Of a stretch of 32,000 nucleotides of DNA, positions 10,143 to 19,286 are shown piece by piece; the stretch's first letter is position 1; each line of letters begins with the position of its first letter. The stretch comes from Psychrobacter sp. HD31. GTDB taxonomy: Bacteria; Pseudomonadota; Gammaproteobacteria; Pseudomonadales; Moraxellaceae. Location of the stretch: contig NZ_CP142525.1 of assembly GCF_051097895.1 (NCBI RefSeq), positions 810,001 through 842,000 on the forward strand, given 5' to 3'. The position numbers were made by a program, and so were the translations under genes. Under the pieces are notes generated by a model that did not search any database, was not told where the DNA came from, and worked only from the letters and a program-made list of their open reading frames with translations.

Positions 10143-11243
10143 ATGACAAGCAACGAGCCTCAAAAACAAACGCAACGTAAAATCATCCATGTAGATATGG
10201 ATGCCTTTTTTGCCAGTGTTGAACAAAGAGATAACCCCGAATTACAGGGCAAACCAGTGGTTGTTGGTGGCAGCCCTAATAGCCGTGGTGTCGTGGCAAC
10301 CGCCAGTTATGAGGCAAGGGTTTTTGGTATCCATTCGGCAATGTCTTGCTATCAAGCACAGCAGCTTTGCCCACAAGCTGTTTTTGTGCGCCCAAGGTTC
10401 GAGGCGTATCGTGCAGCTAGCCAACAAATCCGCCAAATCATGTTGAGTTTAACCGACATTATTGAGCCGTTATCACTAGATGAAGCCTATCTTGATGTCA
10501 GTTATAACCATAATCCAAAGTTTCAACAATCCGCAACTTTGATGGCAAAATGGCTACAAGCTGAGATTTATCAGCAGACTCATCTCACAGCTTCAGCTGG
10601 CGTATCTTTTAACAAAATGCTTGCTAAAATCGCCTCTGACATTCATAAACCAAATGGCACCACCATCATCACCCCTGAGCAAGCCCCCATATTTATTGCC
10701 AATTTGCCCATCGAACGCTTTCACGGTATTGGTAAGGCAACCGCCAAGCGTTTTCATGAAATGGATGTGCATAATGGTGGTGATTTGCGCAATGTTTCGA
10801 TTGAAACGCTGATTGCCACCTTTGGCAAACGGGGTAAGTTTTATCATGACATTGCACACGGGCGTGACAATCGAGAGGTAAAGTCGCAACGCAAACATAA
10901 ATCGATTGGTTCAGAAACCACCTTTCAAAAAGACTTAACGGATGATCGCATGCTGCTCACTCAGATATATGCACAAAATTTGGATGCTTATCGTTCATTA
11001 AAAAAGAAAAACAAACAAGCACATACCATCACATTAAAAATTAAATACAATAATTTTACGCAAATAACACGTTCACATACACTAAGTACTCCATTTACAG
11101 ATGAGCAATCTGCCCATTATTGGCTCAATAAGCTATTTGCCGACATACCACGAGAATTGCCTATTCGTTTGGTAGGTGTGACCTACTCCGGCTTAACAGA
11201 GCAAACCAATCAACCGTCCAATCAGCTTGGATTATTTGAGTAA
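10143..11243 (+). CDS. dinB: DNA polymerase IV (Y-family)
   Basis: 366 aa. Motifs are IIHVDMDAFFASVE, SLDEAYLDV, SAGVSFNKMLAKIASD and GIGK. Confidence 0.93.
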   Translation: MTSNEPQKQTQRKIIHVDMDAFFASVEQRDNPELQGKPVVVGGSPNSRGVVATASYEARVFGIHSAMSCYQAQQLCPQAVFVRPRFEAYRAASQQIRQIMLSLTDIIEPLSLDEAYLDVSYNHNPKFQQSATLMAKWLQAEIYQQTHLTASAGVSFNKMLAKIASDIHKPNGTTIITPEQAPIFIANLPIERFHGIGKATAKRFHEMDVHNGGDLRNVSIETLIATFGKRGKFYHDIAHGRDNREVKSQRKHKSIGSETTFQKDLTDDRMLLTQIYAQNLDAYRSLKKKNKQAHTITLKIKYNNFTQITRSHTLSTPFTDEQSAHYWLNKLFADIPRELPIRLVGVTYSGLTEQTNQPSNQLGLFE

Positions 11244-11398
11244 CCTTTTTAAGTCGCCTTATTGCAAAACATAAACAAATAAACCACCCCTAGTGCAAAA
11301 ATTAACTAGAATACCACCTCAACACCTTGTAAAATATCGCCTCAACCATATCTAAATAACGCATTCTTTTTTTACCTTTCATCTTGAGCAACACAGCT

Positions 11399-12493
11399 AT
11401 GAACACAAATTATTTATCGGTTAATGACTACGACTATCACTTACCAGAAGAACTAATTGCTCGCTATCCGTTAGCCACTCGCTCAGCTTCAAAACTAATG
11501 TATGTTGCTAACCAAGGGATTGAAGATAAAAAATTTACAGATTTACCCAGTTTATTAAACCCAGGGGATTTACTTGTTTTTAACGATACCAAGGTGATGA
11601 AAGCACGATTATTTGGACAAAAAGATACCGGCGGTAAAGTTGAAGTTTTGGTAGAACGGTTAACCGATGATGAAGCATTTACCAATGGCAATGCTCATGT
11701 TGCATTGTGCCATGTTCGTGCCAGTAAAGCACCAAAGTTAGGTCAAATATTAAATCTTGCCGATAATGCCATCCAATGCAGCATGATTGGTAGACATGAA
11801 AATTTATTTATTTTAGCATTTAATGCCCCAATTTTACCCGACCTAGAAAAACATGGCGAACTGCCGATTCCCCCTTATTTTGAGCGCCATGCAGATGACA
11901 CAGATAATGAGCGCTATCAAACTGTTTTTCATGACCCTAACAAGCTTGCCAGTGTTGCAGCGCCCACTGCCAGCCTGCATTTTGATGACGATGTACTAAA
12001 AAGCCTAAAAACAAAAGGTATTAATAGCGCGTTTGTCACCCTAAACGTTGGTGCAGGTACTTTTGCACCTGTAAAAACTGACAACTTGCTAGAGCACACC
12101 ATGCACAGCGAGTACGCGCATTTACCGCAAAGCACAGCCGACTTAATTAATGAAACCCACGCACGTGGCAATAAAGTCATTGCGGTGGGCACAACGGTCA
12201 CTCGAGTATTAGAAACAGCCTATCAAAAGACTGTTAAAGAGCGTCAATCAAAAGACAATAACATTGCCGCTTGGTCAGGCGATACCAATATTTTTATTTA
12301 CCCAGGATTTGAGTTTGGGGTTGTTGATCGTCTCATCACAAACTTTCACTTACCAAAATCAACCTTACTAATGCTTGTTTCTGCATTTGCTGATAAACAA
12401 AAGATGATGTCGGCTTACGAGCATGCCATCAAGTCAGGGTATCGATTCTTTAGTTACGGTGATTCAATGCTATTAGATAGAGTCATTAAATAA
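11399..12493 (+). CDS. queA: S-adenosylmethionine:tRNA ribosyltransferase-isomerase
   Basis: Motifs [26 protein letters not shown] and [10 protein letters not shown]. The ORF track starts at TTG 11384, but ATG 11399 is more likely. Confidence 0.93.
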   Translation: MNTNYLSVNDYDYHLPEELIARYPLATRSASKLMYVANQGIEDKKFTDLPSLLNPGDLLVFNDTKVMKARLFGQKDTGGKVEVLVERLTDDEAFTNGNAHVALCHVRASKAPKLGQILNLADNAIQCSMIGRHENLFILAFNAPILPDLEKHGELPIPPYFERHADDTDNERYQTVFHDPNKLASVAAPTASLHFDDDVLKSLKTKGINSAFVTLNVGAGTFAPVKTDNLLEHTMHSEYAHLPQSTADLINETHARGNKVIAVGTTVTRVLETAYQKTVKERQSKDNNIAAWSGDTNIFIYPGFEFGVVDRLITNFHLPKSTLLMLVSAFADKQKMMSAYEHAIKSGYRFFSYGDSMLLDRVIK

Positions 12494-12563
12494 ACCACAT
12501 TAAAATGCTATAATGCAGCCAATTAATTTAACCCCAATACACTAATTTTTATAAGTCTTTTAA

Positions 12564-13718
<1,155 letters not shown>

Positions 13719-13753
13719 AAAATTGATATTATCATCAACGTATTAAAAATTAT

Positions 13754-13783
13754 GAGCAGGCTAAATAGCCTGCTCTTTTTTTT
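13754..13783 (+). terminator. intrinsic terminator after tgt
   Basis: GAGCAGGCT-aaat-AGCCTGCTC followed by T8. Confidence 0.85.
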
Positions 13784-13807
13784 ATATCAGTTTATATAAA
13801 AAAGCAC

Positions 13808-13835
13808 TTGCATTATTTTAAATAACCACTAAAAT
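13808..13835 (+). promoter_or_regulatory. candidate sigma70 promoter for the first ABC binding-protein gene
   Basis: -35 TTGCAT (13808-13813), 16-nt spacer, -10 TAAAAT (13830-13835). Confidence 0.45.
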
Positions 13836-13902
13836 GTATCATCATACTAGAACATTGATATTTACTAATAATCATCTCAAAATATTATATAAGGTAATAC
13901 CC

Positions 13903-14922
13903 ATGCTTACATCTTCTCTCTCTCGTTTATCATTAACCCTTGGCTTGGCAACTATTGTTACCTCACTGGTTGGTTGCTCAAATCCAGCCAACAATCAACA
14001 AACTAATAATGCTGAAGGCAAAGAACATAAAAGTGTGGCAATTACTGCCATTGTAGAACACCCATCACTTGATGCAATACGTGAAGGGGTGATTGACGAG
14101 TTGGCAGAACAAGGCTACAAAGCAGAAGAAAACCTAACGGTTAATTTCCAATCAGCACAAGGTAACATGTCAACAGTTGGTCAAATTTCTAAACAATTTG
14201 TGGCAGATAGCCCAGATGCCATTGTGCCGATTTCAACGCCATCTGCCCAATCTGTTGTCGCATCTAGTAAAAGCATCCCTATCATATACACTGCTGTATC
14301 AGACCCCGTAGCTGCTAAATTAGTAGATGCCAATAACAAGCCTACTCAAGCTAATGTCACAGGGCTTTCTAGCCAATTACCATTAGAACCGCAACTTGAT
14401 TTAATTCAACAAATTAAACCAAATGCCAAAGTTGTTGGTTATGTTTATAGCCCGGGAGAAGCCAACTCAGTTGCACTAAAAGAAAGATTAGAGCAACTAC
14501 TACCAGTACGTGGACTTGAGTTGTTAGATATCCCTGCTAACCGCCCAACTGATATCGGCATGGCAACTCGCAGTTTACAAGGTAAAGCCGATGTTATTTA
14601 CACATCAATGGATAATAATGTTGCCTCAGCCTTTGAAGCAATGACTCTTGCTGCAAATGAGTTAGACATCCCAATTATTGCATCAGATGAATTTAGTGTG
14701 CAACGAGGCGCAACGGCTGCCTTAGGCGTCAATGATTATGACTTTGGTCGTTCAACCGGTAAAATGGTTGCTCAAGTTTTAAACGGCACACCAGTCAGTG
14801 AAATTAAACCCGCTATTATGAATGACCTTACCTTGTTTATTAGCCCTAAGCATGCCGAGCAACAAGGGGTGACATTACCTGCCAATATTACTAAAAATGC
14901 CATCAATACCGATGACAAATAA
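13903..14922 (+). CDS. ABC transporter substrate-binding lipoprotein, paralog 1 (ABC_sub_bind/COG2984-like family)
   Basis: The ORF is open from 13834, but ATG 13903 follows AAGG by 8 nt and gives signal peptide MLTSSLSRLSLTLGLATIVTSLVGC with a lipobox. It is a paralog of the next gene. The family call is from memory of COG2984-type proteins. Confidence 0.85.
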   Translation: MLTSSLSRLSLTLGLATIVTSLVGCSNPANNQQTNNAEGKEHKSVAITAIVEHPSLDAIREGVIDELAEQGYKAEENLTVNFQSAQGNMSTVGQISKQFVADSPDAIVPISTPSAQSVVASSKSIPIIYTAVSDPVAAKLVDANNKPTQANVTGLSSQLPLEPQLDLIQQIKPNAKVVGYVYSPGEANSVALKERLEQLLPVRGLELLDIPANRPTDIGMATRSLQGKADVIYTSMDNNVASAFEAMTLAANELDIPIIASDEFSVQRGATAALGVNDYDFGRSTGKMVAQVLNGTPVSEIKPAIMNDLTLFISPKHAEQQGVTLPANITKNAINTDDK

Positions 14923-14954
14923 ACATAAAACCTCACCATAAAATAAACATCATC

Positions 14955-14991
14955 AGTCTGCTTTTTTTATACATGAAAAGCAGACTTTTTT
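14955..14991 (+). terminator. intrinsic terminator after binding-protein paralog 1
   Basis: AGTCTGCTTTT (14955-14965) pairs with AAAAGCAGACT (14976-14986). T5 follows. Confidence 0.8.
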
Positions 14992-15135
14992 ATCCCCTAA
15001 ATCTTGCTAACCAGAGTATACAGACAATCATCGAATAAACTGGTAGAAACAATTGCTTTACAAACAAAAAGTTTAATACTACCATTAGTTAATTAGGATT
15101 TTTTTTGATGAGGTTTAAATTAAGGAGTAATGTTT

Positions 15136-16149
15136 ATGTATCACCCATCTCAACTAACAAAAACACTTTTAGTAGGCGGTTTGTGTACAGCCTTAATGGC
15201 ATGTGGTTCACAAAAGCCAGCAGAAGAAAAAGCCGCTGGTAGTGACGCTGCAACAGAAACCAAAAATGTTGCCATTACTGCCATTGTTGAGCACCCTGCA
15301 CTAGATGCTGTTCGTGAAGGGGTTATTGAAGAGTTAGCTTCTGAAGGTTTTAAAGAAGGCGAAAACCTAACAGTAAACTTTCAGTCAGCTCAAGGTAATA
15401 CCGCTACTGCTGGGCAGATTGCTAAACAGTTTGTGGCAGATGCACCCGATGTGATTGTTGCGATTGCCACACCTTCAGCACAGTCTGTTGTTGCTGCAAC
15501 CAATACCATCCCAGTGGTTTTCTCTGCTGTGACTGACCCTGTAGAAGCTAAACTTGTCGATAAATTAGATGGCTCTGGTACTAACGTTTCTGGTGCTTCA
15601 GATGCACTACCTTATGAACCACAAATTGAGCTAATGAAACAAATCATCCCAGAGCTTAAAAATGTTGGTTATGTTTATAGCCCAGGTGAAGTTAATTCAA
15701 CCATCGTGCTAAAAAACTTAAAAGACAAGCTAACACCAATGGGTATCAATGTAGTTGATGCACCCGCACAAAAAAGTAGCGACATTGCTATGGCGGCACG
15801 TAGCCTTGATGGTAAAGTAGATATGATTTATACCTCAACAGATAACAATGTTGTATCTGCCTATGAATCACTCTATCAAGCGGCTAAAGAAACTAAGATC
15901 CCATTAATCGCATCTGATACAGGCTCTGTAGAGCGTGGTGCAACTGCGGCACTGGGTGTTAATTACCATGATTTAGGTATTGAAACTGGTAAAATTGTTG
16001 CTAAGATCTTAAATGGTGAAGAGGCAGGTAACATCCCTGTTTATACCGCAACTTCTTTAGACTTGCATGTTAGTCCTAAACATGCAACTGAGCAAGGCAT
16101 TGAGTTACCTAAAGAGCTGGTAGAAAAAGCCAAAGAAGTTCTCGAATAG
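15136..16149 (+). CDS. ABC transporter substrate-binding lipoprotein, paralog 2
   Basis: AAGGAG (15122-15127) lies 8 nt before ATG 15136 and only 2 nt before ATG 15130. The signal peptide has lipobox LMAC. It aligns along its full length with paralog 1. Confidence 0.85.
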   Translation: MYHPSQLTKTLLVGGLCTALMACGSQKPAEEKAAGSDAATETKNVAITAIVEHPALDAVREGVIEELASEGFKEGENLTVNFQSAQGNTATAGQIAKQFVADAPDVIVAIATPSAQSVVAATNTIPVVFSAVTDPVEAKLVDKLDGSGTNVSGASDALPYEPQIELMKQIIPELKNVGYVYSPGEVNSTIVLKNLKDKLTPMGINVVDAPAQKSSDIAMAARSLDGKVDMIYTSTDNNVVSAYESLYQAAKETKIPLIASDTGSVERGATAALGVNYHDLGIETGKIVAKILNGEEAGNIPVYTATSLDLHVSPKHATEQGIELPKELVEKAKEVLE

Positions 16150-16164
16150 ATTTATTTTTTAACT

Positions 16165-16195
16165 AAAAGACTTACATTATTGTAAGTCTTTTTTG
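16165..16195 (+). terminator. intrinsic terminator after binding-protein paralog 2
   Basis: AAAAGACTTACA-ttat-TGTAAGTCTTTT followed by further T residues. Confidence 0.8.
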
Positions 16196-16300
16196 TTTCT
16201 GCCTTGTAAATATTTAACTATTTACGTTTTCTTGCTACAATACTTGTTTATCTTTTAATTCCAAATCTTCGCTATTTAACTGGCTTGTAAGGTATTGAAA

Positions 16301-16381
16301 ATGCAACAAACCATACCTGGCTCTATGCCCCATATGTATACGTTTTGGTTTACTACCACAGCAGACTGTTTAATCTGTTGA
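16301..16381 (+). promoter_or_regulatory. candidate 26-codon leader ORF (MQQTIPGSMPHMYTFWFTTTADCLIC) overlapping a terminator-like hairpin
   Basis: AAGG lies 8 nt before ATG 16301. The TGA stop (16379-16381) overlaps the 3' arm of hairpin 16359-16380, which is followed by T6. This call is speculative. Confidence 0.25.
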
Positions 16382-16441
16382 TTTTTTAACAAACGGTGGT
16401 TTTGTAACTCATAAACCATCAAACTTAGGACTTTGTGTTAT

Positions 16442-17338
16442 ATGTCTTTAATTGCTTTTTTTGCAGCCCTAGAAAGCGGTCTTATTTACGGTCTAGTCGC
16501 ACTTGGCGTTCTTATCTCCTTCAGAATTCTTGACTTCCCAGATTTAACAGCAGATGGTAGTTTCCCCCTTGGTGGTGCCGTTACCGCCGTTGCCATTGTT
16601 GCTGGTTTTAACCCATGGATAGCCTGTATTTTTGGTATGCTAGCAGGTGCTGTTGCTGGTGTTGTCACTGCCTGGTTACATGTCAAGTTAGGAATCCTCC
16701 AGCTATTAGCAAGTATTTTAGTAATGGTTGCCCTTTATTCAATCAACTTGCGTATTATGGGTGCTCCTAACCTTGCACTGCTTGGCGAAGAGTCAGTATT
16801 TTCTGGCTTAGTGACCGACGAAAATGGTGCTTGGATGCGCTGTATTATTATTGGTATGGTACTTTTAGTTGCTAAACTGTTTTTAGACTGGTTTTTTAAT
16901 ACAGAAACAGGTCTATCTATGCGTGCGACAGGATCTAATCTTAGAATGGCACAAGCACAAGGCATTAACACATCATGGTCAACGATTTTGGGCATGGCAA
17001 TATCAAACGCGCTTATCGCTTTAGGCGGTGCTTTATTTGTACAAACACAGGGGGGCGCTGATTTGTCAATTGGTATTGGTACCATTGTTATTGGCTTGGC
17101 AGCGGTAATTATTGGCGAAACCATCATCCCAGCTAAACGTATATTCTTAATTACTTTATCTGTTATTGTGGGTGCCTTTTTATACAAACTCTTTATTCAA
17201 ATTGCGTTATCAAGTGACAGCTTACGCAGTATTGGTTTTGGCTCGCAAGATTTAAACCTAATTACAGCACTGTTAGTTATTGTTGCATTGGTGCTACCTC
17301 AAATTAAATCAAAACTAATTACAAAAAAACGTGGTTAA
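16442..17338 (+). CDS. ABC transporter permease (partner of the COG2984-type binding proteins)
   Basis: About 298 aa and highly hydrophobic with multiple TM segments. The ORF track starts at TTG 16433. ATG 16442 lies 11 nt after AGGA. Confidence 0.85.
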   Translation: MSLIAFFAALESGLIYGLVALGVLISFRILDFPDLTADGSFPLGGAVTAVAIVAGFNPWIACIFGMLAGAVAGVVTAWLHVKLGILQLLASILVMVALYSINLRIMGAPNLALLGEESVFSGLVTDENGAWMRCIIIGMVLLVAKLFLDWFFNTETGLSMRATGSNLRMAQAQGINTSWSTILGMAISNALIALGGALFVQTQGGADLSIGIGTIVIGLAAVIIGETIIPAKRIFLITLSVIVGAFLYKLFIQIALSSDSLRSIGFGSQDLNLITALLVIVALVLPQIKSKLITKKRG

Positions 17339-17352
17339 AGGAGTAACACATT

Positions 17353-18147
17353 ATGATGCAAGCAAAAGATTTAAAATTAACCTTTAACCCTGGTACACCC
17401 ATTGAAAACCCTGCTTTACGAGGCATTAACTTAAACATTGATGAAGGTGAATTTGTTACCGTTATTGGTACTAACGGTGCAGGTAAATCGACCTTTTTAA
17501 ATGCCATTAGTGGTACCACTTTAGTTGATAGTGGCAGTATTTTATTAAATGGTGTGGATGTAACTAAAAAAACTGCTTACCAACGTGCTGACTCGGTTGC
17601 CCGTGTTTTCCAGGACCCTATGGCCGGGACTTGCGAGGCACTAACGATTGAAGAAAACATGGCACTTGCTTTTAAACGTGGTGGCAAACGTGGTTTAGGC
17701 TTAGCACTAAACAATAAAAACCGCCAAATTTTTAAAGACAAACTTGCCATATTAAAATTGGGGTTAGAAAACCGTTTAACTGACCGTATGGGGCTTTTGT
17801 CTGGTGGTCAACGCCAAGCAGTTAGCCTGCTTATGGCTTCACTTCAGCCATCAAAAATTTTATTATTAGACGAGCATACCGCCGCACTTGACCCTAAAAC
17901 AGCGGCTTTTGTGTTAGAACTTACAGATCAAATTGTCGTAGAAAATGGTTTAACAACGATGATGGTGACACACTCAATGCAACAAGCTTTGGCACATGGC
18001 ACACGTACTGTCATGTTGCATCAAGGGCAAGTTGTACTGGATGTATCTGGTGATGCACGTAAAGGCATGGGTGTGGAAGATTTACTTCATATGTTTGAAA
18101 AAACAAGAGGTGAAAAAGTTGAAGATGACAGCTTATTATTAAGCTAA
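17353..18147 (+). CDS. ABC transporter ATP-binding protein
   Basis: Walker A GTNGAGKST, signature LSGGQRQ, Walker B LLLDEHTAALD. AAGGAG lies 9 nt upstream of the start. Confidence 0.9.
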   Translation: MMQAKDLKLTFNPGTPIENPALRGINLNIDEGEFVTVIGTNGAGKSTFLNAISGTTLVDSGSILLNGVDVTKKTAYQRADSVARVFQDPMAGTCEALTIEENMALAFKRGGKRGLGLALNNKNRQIFKDKLAILKLGLENRLTDRMGLLSGGQRQAVSLLMASLQPSKILLLDEHTAALDPKTAAFVLELTDQIVVENGLTTMMVTHSMQQALAHGTRTVMLHQGQVVLDVSGDARKGMGVEDLLHMFEKTRGEKVEDDSLLLS

Positions 18148-18234
18148 GCGTTGCTATCTTAATTGCACTTCATGGCTGATATTGTAACTCCCCCATTAAA
18201 AAAGAGAAGCCATAATTAGCAAACACCCAAAACC

Positions 18235-18271
18235 AAAAAACCCCGAACTGTGATGACAACTCGGGGTTTTT
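18235..18271. terminator. bidirectional terminator between the convergent ABC ATPase gene and metF
   Basis: A6-CCCCGA...TCGGGG-T5. Confidence 0.7.
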
Positions 18272-18283
18272 AATTTACAAAGC

Positions 18284-19252
18284 TTAAAATACCTCTTTAG
18301 CAATGGCTTTAATATTGCTACTTTTGCCCATTGAGTAGTAATGAACCACTGGCACACCAGCTTGTATCAACTCACGACTCTGCGCAATTGCCCACTCTAT
18401 ACCGACTTGTCGTACAGCTTTATTATCTTTACATGCCTCAATGGCAGTCACTAAGTCATCGGGTAAATCCAGTTTAAACACCTGTGGTAATACCTGCATA
18501 TGGCGTTTGATAGCAATTGGTTTAATACCTGGTATTATTGGTACATTAATACCCATTTCACGAGCTTTTGCAACAAAGTCAAAATATCGTTGGTTATCAA
18601 AAAACATTTGAGTGACCACATAGTCTGCACCTGCGTCGACTTTTTCTTTTAGTCTTCGTAAATCGGCATCTAAACTTGGGGCTTCCATATGTTTTTCAGG
18701 GTAACCTGCAACGCCAATACAAAAATCAGAACGATGCGCATCCGTAATCTGCTCATGCAGATATTGTCCATTATTCATATTAACAATTTGCTCAACCAAC
18801 TCTTTTGCGTAGTGATTACCGCCATGCTGTGGAGAGTAATACTGCTCATGCTTCATGGCATCGCCACGCAAGGCAACCAAATTATCCAATCCCAGATAAT
18901 GGCAATCCACCAATACATATTCAGTTTCTTCTTTAGTAAAGCCCCCACACAAGATATGCGGAATGGCATCCACATTGTATTTATGCTTAAGTGAAGCGCA
19001 GATACCAACAGTTCCTGGTCTCATACGGGTAACTTTTTGTTCTAACAGCCCGTTTTCTTTAGGGATGTAAATGTGCTCTTCACGTGAGGTGGTCACATCA
19101 ATAAATGGCGGATTAAACTCCATCAAAGGGTCGATGTTATCATAAAGAGTTTGAATGTTTGAACCCTTGGTTGGTGGCACAATTTCAAAAGAAAACAGGG
19201 TTTTTCCCTTTCCTTTAGATTGAGCATTGGCGATGTGTTCGGTGACTTTCAT
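18284..19252 (-). CDS. metF: 5,10-methylenetetrahydrofolate reductase
   Basis: MKVTEHI...FSFEIVPP...GYPEKH...VTQMFFD. The ORF track starts at TTG 19261. ATG 19252 lies 8 nt after AAGGAT. Confidence 0.92.
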   Translation of the reverse strand: MKVTEHIANAQSKGKGKTLFSFEIVPPTKGSNIQTLYDNIDPLMEFNPPFIDVTTSREEHIYIPKENGLLEQKVTRMRPGTVGICASLKHKYNVDAIPHILCGGFTKEETEYVLVDCHYLGLDNLVALRGDAMKHEQYYSPQHGGNHYAKELVEQIVNMNNGQYLHEQITDAHRSDFCIGVAGYPEKHMEAPSLDADLRRLKEKVDAGADYVVTQMFFDNQRYFDFVAKAREMGINVPIIPGIKPIAIKRHMQVLPQVFKLDLPDDLVTAIEACKDNKAVRQVGIEWAIAQSRELIQAGVPVVHYYSMGKSSNIKAIAKEVF

Positions 19253-19286
19253 TGTAATCAATCCTTAAAACTATAAACTCTTAAAA

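Noticed and set aside
13834-13902. N-terminal extensions in the ORF track: the SBP1 MYHHTRT.. extension, TTG starts at 19261, 21959, 23021, 16433 and 11384, and ATG 25860 for the NSS gene.
   Set aside because: In each case a downstream ATG or GTG has an SD-like motif at proper spacing. That start also gives the expected N-terminus (signal peptide or family-typical start). ATG 13834 overlaps the predicted -10 box.
16395-16430. A preQ1-class riboswitch, considered because of the adjacent queA-tgt genes. The candidate is hairpin GGTGGTTT..AAACCATC followed by the tail AAACTTAGGA.
   Set aside because: The resemblance is only superficial (a small hairpin plus a tail reaching the SD). The stem is longer than the preQ1-I P1 stem. 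The A-rich tail is short, and I cannot identify the conserved loop nucleotides. I treat it instead as part of the possible attenuator leader.
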